Shown one piece after another: positions 45,534 through 52,501 of a DNA stretch of 64,000 nt (its first letter is position 1; each line of letters opens with the position of its first letter). The DNA is from an uncultured Bacteroidales bacterium. Its GTDB lineage: Bacteria > Bacteroidota > Bacteroidia > Bacteroidales > UBA1402. Below the pieces are notes generated by a model. The model saw nothing but the letters and a program-made list of their open reading frames with translations, had not been told where the DNA came from and did not search any database. The stretch lies in NCBI GenBank assembly GCA_942493385.1, contig OW818699.1:726808-790807 (forward strand), in the 5' to 3' direction. Made by a program: the position numbers and the translations under genes.

Positions 45534-46951
45534 CAGGGATTGTTTTCAGGGTTGTTGGAACCTGGCTTTTGTGGTTTCTCAAATCGTGTGCCAGTTGGAG
45601 GATTACCCTTTCTGTCCCTATTTTTGTTTGGGTTTGGATTTCGATTCGGATTCGGATTTGGGCGGTTCTGCGCGTCTTTTTCAGAATGGAGGCCTGGTTC
45701 TCTCTCTGTTCTTGGGCGGTCAGGACGCCGATCTCCCTCGCGACGTTTTTCTCCGTTCGGTCGTTCAAAGTTTGGCCGAACCGGATGATCGGTTTTTTCT
45801 CCATTTCCGGTGAAACGCTCGCCTGACTGTCCTTCTGGCCGGGGTCCGTGGTTGTGCTCGCGGTTCTTGTTCTTGTTCGGCTTCTTTGATTTGTCGAAAC
45901 GATTGAGGGCATCCTGTCCAAGAATATCACCGAATTCACTTTTTACGGGTTCCTTTTCCACCTCTTCAGCCATGCTGTCCACACGAATCCCTTTTTTATT
46001 GAGGGCAATGATTTGTTTGGCGCGTTCCACGGGGATGGTCACGGCATTGGCTAGAAAATCCTTGCTGGTGGAATAGATGATGGTCCGTTTGAAACAATCG
46101 GCTTTGAACAGGTAATAACTGCAGTCTTTGGTGTCAAGTATGATGTCTTTGGCTGGAATATCGCGTTGAGCCTCGGCGTACATATCCGTTTCGTAATTTA
46201 GGCAGCACTTCAGTTTGGCACATTGTCCGGCAAGTTTCTGCGGATTCAGCGACAAGTCCTGATAGCGGGCGGCGCTTGTGGAAACGGAAACGAAGCTGGT
46301 CATCCAGGAGGAGCAGCAAAGCTCTCTTCCACAGGGGCCAACGCCTCCAATTCGTCCGGCTTCCTGTCGGGCTCCGATCTGTTTCATCTCGATGCGCACC
46401 CTAAAGGTTTCAGCCAAAACTTTGATGAGTTGGCGGAAGTCGACGCGATCGTCGGCAATGTAATAGAAAATGGCTTTGTTGCCATCTCCCTGGTATTCTA
46501 CATCGCCGATCTTCATGTTCAGCTTGAGTTCTTCGGCAATTTTGCGCGAGCGAAGCATGGTGTCGTGTTCCAGAGCCTTGGATTCTTCGTACTTTTCCAG
46601 ATCCACTGGCCTGGCCTTGCGATATACGCGGCGTATTTCCTGACTGTCCACCCGGAAGTTGTTTTTTTTCATTTGCTTCAATACCAGGGCGCCCATCAAG
46701 GTGACTTCACCGATGTCGTGTCCTGGGCTTGATTCGACGGCAACGATATCGCCTTTTTCGATGGGGACCTTGTTGCTGTTCAGAAAGTAACTTTTACGGG
46801 TATTCTTGAATTGCACTTCCACCCAATCGGTCAATTCCTGGGCCTGCGGTAAATCGCAAAGCCAGTCGAAGGTGTTGAGTTTTTTTATTTTGAGTCCGCT
46901 GCAGCCTTTGCTTTTCATGCAGCCGCCGGACAAGTTGAGTCTGTATTCCAT
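45533..46951 (-). CDS. ricT: PSP1-domain protein (RicT/YaaT family) with a ~120-aa low-complexity C-terminal tail
   Basis: The ORF-track start at 46975 is TTG; the ATG at 46951 (MEYRLNLSGGC) gives 472 aa. It has a conserved Cys cluster (GVGPCGRELCCSSW, KLKCCLNYE). Confidence 0.8.
   Translation of the reverse strand: MEYRLNLSGGCMKSKGCSGLKIKKLNTFDWLCDLPQAQELTDWVEVQFKNTRKSYFLNSNKVPIEKGDIVAVESSPGHDIGEVTLMGALVLKQMKKNNFRVDSQEIRRVYRKARPVDLEKYEESKALEHDTMLRSRKIAEELKLNMKIGDVEYQGDGNKAIFYYIADDRVDFRQLIKVLAETFRVRIEMKQIGARQEAGRIGGVGPCGRELCCSSWMTSFVSVSTSAARYQDLSLNPQKLAGQCAKLKCCLNYETDMYAEAQRDIPAKDIILDTKDCSYYLFKADCFKRTIIYSTSKDFLANAVTIPVERAKQIIALNKKGIRVDSMAEEVEKEPVKSEFGDILGQDALNRFDKSKKPNKNKNREHNHGPRPEGQSGERFTGNGEKTDHPVRPNFERPNGEKRREGDRRPDRPRTEREPGLHSEKDAQNRPNPNPNRNPNPNKNRDRKGNPPTGTRFEKPQKPGSNNPENNP
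45536..45895 (-). repeat. Low-complexity coding region (Arg/Pro/Asn/Glu/Lys-rich tail, including NRPNPNPNRNPNPNKNR)
   Basis: aa 361-480 in ORF-track numbering. The DNA shows imperfect CCnAAn/CGnAAT short repeats, which generate spurious ORFs on both strands. Confidence 0.8.
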
Positions 46952-47005
46952 TGTTTTATCTTGTAACAAGGTCAAAATTAGGCGAAAAAGCCGAACGATG
47001 CAAAT

Positions 47006-48169
47006 CTATTTTTTGAAGAGCATGATGGATTTCAGCGCCAGGTCAAAGAATACCAGTTTGGCATTCACGTTTTGTTCGATGTGCCGTTCGGCCAATTCCA
47101 GTTCCTCCATAAAGGCCACGATGTTTTTGTGGTTGATGAAGGGGGCGAATTTGGCGGAAAACGTTTGTTCGGCAGGTGCCAGGTAATTCAGTTCAGGTCG
47201 TTGCACGTTCATGACAAAATTCTCCCGCACCAGCCTTTGGGCATAATTCAGGTATTTTTTGCTTTGTTCGCGGCCAATCTTGGACATTTCCTCCGACCAG
47301 AGTTTCATGTCTTTGAGGCTCCGTTGCTTTTCAAGTTTCTTTTCGGCGGAGAAATTGGCGATGGTGTAAGCACCGCGCATGCAACGGGTGAATTGTTGCA
47401 GAAACAAATTGTTTTCCTCGCTGGAATCGATGTAATCCAAGGCTTTCAGCCAGCTTCCATTTGCCAGGTGGATGCAAGCGTCCAATTCGGATCCGTTCAG
47501 ACTGAAATTGGCTGTAACTGCAGCTCTTAAAGCATCCGGCTCGATGCCTTTCACCCAAATGCGTTGTGCACGGGAAAGGATGGTAGTCAGCAGCTGCTCG
47601 CTATTTTCTGAAACCAAAAGAAAAATCGTATTTGCAGGCGGCTCTTCGAGGATTTTTAAAAGTCGGTTGGCGCAAACGTCACCCATTTTCTCTGGCAGCC
47701 AGATGATCATCACTTTGTATTCCGATTCAAAAGCCTTGAAGCTGAGTTTACGTAGGATTTCATCTCCTTCGTCTCCGTAAATAACGCCCTGAGCATTTCC
47801 TGCCTTGATGAATTCCATCCAGCTGTTGTAACCAAAGTAGGTGTTGGCCGAAATGAACGTACGCCATTGTGGTAAGAATTCATCACTGACGCTTTTTTTC
47901 CCCGAACTGGTCTTGAAAATTGGGAACACAAAATGGGTGTCGGGATGGATGTACTTGTTGAATTTGTGACAGGAGGGGCATTCTCCACAGGAATCCTGTT
48001 CTCCTCGGTTCGTGCAATGTATGTATCGCGTATAAGCCAACGCCAACTGCAACGCACCGGTGCCTTCCATTCCGGCAAAGAGTTGTGCATGTGGAATGCG
48101 TCCTTCTTTTACCGATTGCAGCAGCCGTTCCTTGGTTTTTTGTTGTCCGATTATATCGCGAAAAAACAT
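47006..48169 (-). CDS. holB: DNA polymerase III subunit delta-prime
   Basis: 387 aa. Motifs: IIGQQKTKERLLQSVKEGRIPHAQLFAGMEGTG, a zinc module CGECPSCHKF, and LKILEEPP. Confidence 0.9.
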   Translation of the reverse strand: MFFRDIIGQQKTKERLLQSVKEGRIPHAQLFAGMEGTGALQLALAYTRYIHCTNRGEQDSCGECPSCHKFNKYIHPDTHFVFPIFKTSSGKKSVSDEFLPQWRTFISANTYFGYNSWMEFIKAGNAQGVIYGDEGDEILRKLSFKAFESEYKVMIIWLPEKMGDVCANRLLKILEEPPANTIFLLVSENSEQLLTTILSRAQRIWVKGIEPDALRAAVTANFSLNGSELDACIHLANGSWLKALDYIDSSEENNLFLQQFTRCMRGAYTIANFSAEKKLEKQRSLKDMKLWSEEMSKIGREQSKKYLNYAQRLVRENFVMNVQRPELNYLAPAEQTFSAKFAPFINHKNIVAFMEELELAERHIEQNVNAKLVFFDLALKSIMLFKK

Positions 48170-48194
48170 GTTTTGCTTTTTTTAAAAATCCAAA

Positions 48195-48202
48195 CAAAGA
48201 TA
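48195..48202 (-). promoter_or_regulatory. Candidate -7 promoter box (TATCTTTG on the minus strand) for holB
   Basis: Plus-strand CAAAGATA, 26 nt upstream of the holB ATG at 48169. Confidence 0.4.
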
Positions 48203-48213
48203 AAAAAAATAAG

Positions 48214-48221
48214 TACATTTG
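48214..48221 (+). promoter_or_regulatory. Candidate -7 promoter box TACATTTG for tRNA-Ser
   Basis: Exact TAnnTTTG match ending 10 nt before the tRNA 5' end. It is divergent from the holB box. Confidence 0.45.
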
Positions 48222-48230
48222 CACGCCATT

Positions 48231-48317
48231 GGAGAGTTGGCAGAGTGGTCGATCGTGGCAGACTCGAAATCTGTTGTACCGCTTGCGGTACCGGGGGTTC
48301 GAATCCCTCACTCTCCG
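48231..48317 (+). tRNA. tRNA-Ser (anticodon CGA), class II with long variable arm
   Basis: Acceptor GGAGAGT/ACTCTCC, anticodon arm GCAGA-CTCGAAA-TCTGT, variable arm GTACCGC-TT-GCGGTAC, T arm GGGGG-TTCGAAT-CCCTC, discriminator G. Confidence 0.9.
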
Positions 48318-48318
48318 C

Positions 48319-48454
48319 AAGAAAATTTCAGGACAAAGCGAGCTTGCTCGCCCTGAAAAGAAGAAAAAGGACGTCGTCAAGCTTGCTTGAACGAAAGTCC
48401 TTTTTCTTCTTTTCAGGCAATTCCGAAGGAATTGTTTTGTCCTGAAATTTTCTT
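48319..48454. repeat. 136-nt perfectly nested inverted-repeat element (predicted four-way junction/cruciform) abutting tRNA-Ser
   Basis: The outer stem is 19/19 bp (48319-48337 with 48436-48454). Inside it are hairpin GCGAGC-TT-GCTCGC (48338-48351), a 21/21-bp stem (48352-48372 with 48397-48417) and hairpin CAATTCC-GAA-GGAATTG (48418-48434). Only one junction nucleotide is unpaired. Confidence 0.9.
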
Positions 48455-48467
48455 TAGCACCCCCTCT

Positions 48468-48576
48468 GGGATCGCGGCGCGCAGCGACGCAATCCCAATC
48501 ATTTTCAATCTCGTTCAGTGCAGCAAGCTGCTGCACTGAGGAAAAATAGTTCAGTCCAACAACCTGTTAGACTGAA
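48468..48576. other. Three further hairpins in the tRNA-Ser / convergent-gene spacer
   Basis: A GC-rich imperfect hairpin lies at 48468-48496 (GGGATCGCGGCGC-GCA-GCGACGCAATCCC). A 9-bp hairpin CAGTGCAGC-AAGCT-GCTGCACTG lies at 48516-48538. TTCAGTC-N13-GACTGAA lies at 48550-48576; on the minus strand it is followed by ACTATTTTTC and may terminate the 48697..49995 gene. Confidence 0.5.
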
Positions 48577-48696
48577 ATCATCTATCTACTCCGTGCTTTG
48601 GAGGCATCATGTTTTGTTACATGTTAAAGCAAAGCAAGAGAGCCTCTCAAAGCATTCACTTATGAGACACCCTCTTTGCTTAAGAGCCAATATTTT

Positions 48697-49995
48697 CTAT
48701 TCCCCCACCAACCTAAACCTTACCAACCGCATCGGGATGCCCTTGGCTCCCTTGGCATTCTGCAGACTATACAAGTAACCGTTCCTGAACACCATCCGTG
48801 AAGGATTGATGATGAGGTCGTAATCCTCACAAACGAACTTGCTTTCGCAGACGAAACCGCCGCCGTTACTATAGACCCAAACATGGAACAGGTTGGCATC
48901 TTTTTCTTTAGGGTACTCGAAATAGAGCAAATTGCCTTCTGAATCCTTGATAACGGTTGACAAGCAGGGTCTAGGAATCGTTTTCGAAATACGACCCAAG
49001 TCTTCTTGCATTTCTTTTAGGAATTTCGCCTTGACTTCGGCAACTTCCTCGTCGGTATTTGTATTTCTGACCTTGCCAAACTTCATATTTTTCACATGTT
49101 CGATTTCTTCCAACAGTTGTTTTTTCTGTTCTTCGATGGAAACAGGCTCTCTGGTCCAACCCAATCGTTTCTTGGCTAGTAGCTTGCCACTTAGGTCATA
49201 TTCCCACAATTCACCGTTGTCAGGGAAGGCCAGCAAAATCTTGTTGCCGCTGCTTGCAATGACTGGAGACATATATCGGTTGGTGGTCCCTTCAAAATCA
49301 ACCCCGTAACCAATAGCTCCTCCCGTCTTGAAATGATATCCATATTGAAAGATCTGCCTTTCTGAGGCGCTGCTTTCAAACATTGCTTTGGTTCCTTCGC
49401 CCTTGTGTTCCCAAATAATCGTTTCCTCATTGGTGGCAGGGTTCACGATTTCTACAAAATACCGGATAGCATCTTCGTTGTAAGAAGTTCCCGTCATTAC
49501 CAACTTATTGTTAGGCAGTCCGATGATTTGATTGGATGTGAAGTTCAACTTCAACGTCTTCTGCCATTTCCCATTGAAATCCGTCAGGTACATATTGCCC
49601 GGATTGTCTATACCATAATACAACGTGTTGCCGTAAAGAACGCCAAGCGCCGGTTCCGTTTTCTTGAAAACTTTGCCCGAAGTGCTTTTCAGGTTGAACT
49701 CGCCAGCGAACTTGCCTTGCGGATTGAACTTGGTATAGAAGTTGCGATAGGTATTGTTGACAATGACGGAGCCGTCTGGCAGCAGAACCAGCGATTTTCG
49801 GGCTCCGACATTGCGGCTACCCATGGAATCTGTATAGGCACGGAAAACGAAGTTCCAATCGTTCCCTTGTGCAAACGTTTTGTCGGCAACCAAACGAATG
49901 GTACCTTTTTTATACAGTTCAACCAATTTTTGTGCGGAAACCGGCAAAGCGGCCATAAGAGAAATGCATAGCAGAACAATCAGATATTTTTTCAT
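48697..49995 (-). CDS. Secreted hypothetical protein (beta-propeller-like sequence character), last gene of the ECF sigma operon
   Basis: 432 aa with a signal peptide (LCISLMAALPVSAQ) and repetitive beta-strand-rich segments. I recognise no catalytic motif. Confidence 0.5.
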   Translation of the reverse strand: MKKYLIVLLCISLMAALPVSAQKLVELYKKGTIRLVADKTFAQGNDWNFVFRAYTDSMGSRNVGARKSLVLLPDGSVIVNNTYRNFYTKFNPQGKFAGEFNLKSTSGKVFKKTEPALGVLYGNTLYYGIDNPGNMYLTDFNGKWQKTLKLNFTSNQIIGLPNNKLVMTGTSYNEDAIRYFVEIVNPATNEETIIWEHKGEGTKAMFESSASERQIFQYGYHFKTGGAIGYGVDFEGTTNRYMSPVIASSGNKILLAFPDNGELWEYDLSGKLLAKKRLGWTREPVSIEEQKKQLLEEIEHVKNMKFGKVRNTNTDEEVAEVKAKFLKEMQEDLGRISKTIPRPCLSTVIKDSEGNLLYFEYPKEKDANLFHVWVYSNGGGFVCESKFVCEDYDLIINPSRMVFRNGYLYSLQNAKGAKGIPMRLVRFRLVGE

Positions 49996-50018
49996 TGTTG
50001 TTGATTTTAAGATGGTTA

Positions 50019-50501
50019 CTACATGTAAGTGACATTCCCTGATTCATCGATGAGGGTCATTACCGTTTCCTGTTCTGAATAGGGACTGTTTGCATCCACT
50101 TCGACGATTTCGCGCTGCATACGGATCATGTCCTGATTCTCGCCCCTGCAAACCAAGGGTTTATACAAGAAAACCATTCCGAGAAGGCAGGCAGCCGAAA
50201 GGCCGATGGTCCAACGTTTCAGCAACGGACGCTTTACGCGCGGTTCGTCCATTGCTTCAACGGCTGGTACGTTGACGGATAACTTGCCGTTTATGTTCGA
50301 AGGAAGCGGAGGAATGACCGCATCCGCATTGGAAGAGCTGCTCAACAACCGTTTGATGCATTCTGCTCGCCCCTGCAGTTGGGTGAGACGATACGTACAA
50401 AGGTCACAGTTTTTCAAATGCGTTTCCACGCCGGTTTTTTCATCCGTGGAAACCTCGCCGTCGAGGTATTTTTGCAATATGTCGGTGTCAATACATTTCA
50501 T
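50019..50501 (-). CDS. Anti-sigma factor (zf-HC2 type, single-pass membrane protein)
   Basis: 160 aa with an HxxxCxxC motif (HLKNCDLC) and a TM (WTIGLSAACLLGMVFLY). It overlaps the sigma gene by 14 nt. Confidence 0.75.
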   Translation of the reverse strand: MKCIDTDILQKYLDGEVSTDEKTGVETHLKNCDLCTYRLTQLQGRAECIKRLLSSSSNADAVIPPLPSNINGKLSVNVPAVEAMDEPRVKRPLLKRWTIGLSAACLLGMVFLYKPLVCRGENQDMIRMQREIVEVDANSPYSEQETVMTLIDESGNVTYM

Positions 50502-50973
50502 AGGACAGTGATTTTAAATGTTCTTCCATTTTTTCAAGCGATCTGGCCAGCGTTTTACCTACCGATGTGAACCGAATGCCGGTGGTGTCTGATATTTCCT
50601 TATAGCTGAACCCTTCGCTGTAGAGCACCAGGAGTGCCCGTTCTGTCGGTTTCAACTTAGATAGCGCTTGTTGTACAAAGCGCTCCTTTTCTGCTCGTTC
50701 GGGAAGGTGGTCCTCAATAGGTACGTCCTTGAGCTCATCCAGGGGCCGGTAGCATTTCTGTCGGTTCAGGTGGTCGGTGCACTTGTTGATCGTGACACGG
50801 TAAAGCCAAGTGTTCAGATATAGAAGGGCTTGACCACCTACCAACTTTTCGTACAATGCCGTGAAAACCTCCTGCACGATGTCGGCAGCGCTCTCCCTAT
50901 CATCCACCATGCGGATGGCCAGCCGGTGAAGCTTGGCATGGTTTTCGGCATAGATGTCTTCGAAGGTTTTCAA
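50488..50973 (-). CDS. ECF-type RNA polymerase sigma-70 family factor
   Basis: 161 aa with an apparent TTG start. Region 2 reads IVQEVFTALYEKL...LNTWLYRVTINKCTDH; region 4 reads LLVLYSEGFSYKEISDTTGIRFTSVGKTLARSLEKM. Confidence 0.85.
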   Translation of the reverse strand: MKTFEDIYAENHAKLHRLAIRMVDDRESAADIVQEVFTALYEKLVGGQALLYLNTWLYRVTINKCTDHLNRQKCYRPLDELKDVPIEDHLPERAEKERFVQQALSKLKPTERALLVLYSEGFSYKEISDTTGIRFTSVGKTLARSLEKMEEHLKSLSYEMY

Positions 50974-51176
50974 TCGGATGGTGTTGTTTTATGCATTAGT
51001 CTTTAAAGGAGGACCTTTTGTGACAAAGCAAGTCGTTTTTTTTGAACTTGACAATGTAGTAATATGTCACTAAAAAACACTCCACTTGTATTGTAATAAA
51101 AAAGAAGGTCGTATTTTTAAAACCTAAAGAACATAAAACCAGTGATGTGCAAGTACATAAATAAAACAAACGCTTT

Positions 51177-52481
51177 ATGAAGAACCTCCTTTTGAATTTA
51201 TTTGTTCTAATTTTTTTTATACACCATGCATCCGCTCAGGATTCAACACGAATAGTAAATGCCTTGTTCGAATTGCCCGATGTCATTTTTAAAGAAATTC
51301 CTACAAGAGGTGGTTCTGCTAAAACGTTTGAATTGAAAATCAAGCAATTGCTGGATCATAAACATCCCGAGAAAGGATACTTCTATCAACGTGCTTTTTT
51401 GTCGCATAGAGACATGAGCAAGCCGATGGTGATGTATCTTTCGGGATATAGTCAAGCTAGAGCCTCAAATACTGAAATAACGAGGATTCTTGGAGCGAAC
51501 CAACTTTCGGTTGAGCACCGTTTTTTCGGAACAAGTCTTCCAGACTCCATCGATTATGCTTATTTAACGTTGGAGCAAGCATCTGCCGATTTTCATTATA
51601 TAAATGAACTGTTCAAGAAAATTTATACCGGCAAGTGGTTGAGTACAGGCGTTAGTAAGGGTGGTGCTACAGTTGTAATCTATAAGTATTTCTATCCCAA
51701 CGATGTAGATGCCTGTGTGCCCTACGTTGCACCAATCAACAAGGAACGTGTTGATAAACGTTTTGACACATTTTTAAATAACGTGGGTACCGAAGGCTGC
51801 CGCGCCAAGATTTTAGCATTTCAAAAAAGAATGCTTCAACACCGTGATGAAGTATTGCCGTTGTTAAAAACGTATAGTGAAGAAAAGGGGTATAAATTCA
51901 CTTACATGTCGTTTGAAGAAGCATTTGAATACAGCGTTTTGGAATACCAAGTTGCATTTTGGCAATATGGTTCGTTGTGCGAAGAAATTCCATCGGATAC
52001 CACTTCCATTGCTTCTGCCGTTAAGTATTTGATGAAAGTGAGTAACATCAGGACGTTTAGTGACGTAGATATCGACTATTTTTTGCCTCATTATTATCAG
52101 TCGGCCAATCAAATGGGATATTATAGTTATGCAACGGAAAATCTTAAAGATGATTTGAAAATCCTGCCAATACAACCTTATCCCTATGGCGCCATTTTAC
52201 CCAAAAACTGGCAAGTTGATTTTGATGGAAGTACATTGAAAAAAATCAATGATTGGGTGCAAAAAAAAGGAAATCGGATGATGTATGTTTATGGTGCGAC
52301 CGATTTTTGGACTGCTACGGCCGTTCCAAAAACGGATAAAGTAGATGCCGTTTGGTTTGTTTTGAAGGGCAAGAGCCATGGTGCCAATTTTGGGGGTATG
52401 ACACCTGAAGAAAAGAAACTTTTTATATCGACCTTGGAACGATGGTTGGCTCTGAAAATTGATTACACGGAGAAACAATAG
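51177..52481 (+). CDS. Secreted alpha/beta-hydrolase serine peptidase (S28/S37 clan)
   Basis: 434 aa with a signal peptide, a nucleophile elbow GVSKGG and LSVEHRFFGTS. Which family it belongs to within the clan cannot be decided by eye. Confidence 0.6.
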   Translation: MKNLLLNLFVLIFFIHHASAQDSTRIVNALFELPDVIFKEIPTRGGSAKTFELKIKQLLDHKHPEKGYFYQRAFLSHRDMSKPMVMYLSGYSQARASNTEITRILGANQLSVEHRFFGTSLPDSIDYAYLTLEQASADFHYINELFKKIYTGKWLSTGVSKGGATVVIYKYFYPNDVDACVPYVAPINKERVDKRFDTFLNNVGTEGCRAKILAFQKRMLQHRDEVLPLLKTYSEEKGYKFTYMSFEEAFEYSVLEYQVAFWQYGSLCEEIPSDTTSIASAVKYLMKVSNIRTFSDVDIDYFLPHYYQSANQMGYYSYATENLKDDLKILPIQPYPYGAILPKNWQVDFDGSTLKKINDWVQKKGNRMMYVYGATDFWTATAVPKTDKVDAVWFVLKGKSHGANFGGMTPEEKKLFISTLERWLALKIDYTEKQ

Positions 52482-52501
52482 TTACTAAAAACGCTTTTGA
52501 A

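Noticed and set aside
45321-45939. Cluster of overlapping ORFs on both strands over the ricT tail / gldH region
   Set aside because: They are produced by the low-complexity repeat DNA that encodes the RicT tail. Their translations are runs of RTRT, GFGF and similar. The ricT frame continues from a conserved PSP1 domain.
48319-48454. Considered whether the 19-bp inverted repeats flank an invertible promoter (a Bacteroides-style inverton)
   Set aside because: The enclosed 98 bp is itself almost perfectly palindromic, so inversion would change almost nothing. It contains no TAnnTTTG box, and no recombinase gene is nearby.
47883-48536. ORFs of 217, 170 and 101 aa spanning the holB 5' end, tRNA-Ser and the palindromic element
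   Set aside because: They run straight through a canonical tRNA gene and perfect hairpins. The open frames are explained by A/T-rich, stop-poor palindromic sequence.
51044-51068. GAACTT-N16-GTC on the plus strand, resembling an ECF-type promoter facing the peptidase gene
   Set aside because: It is a single loose match to a generic ECF pattern. The consensus for this sigma is unknown, and I found no matching site upstream of the sigma gene itself as would be expected for autoregulation.
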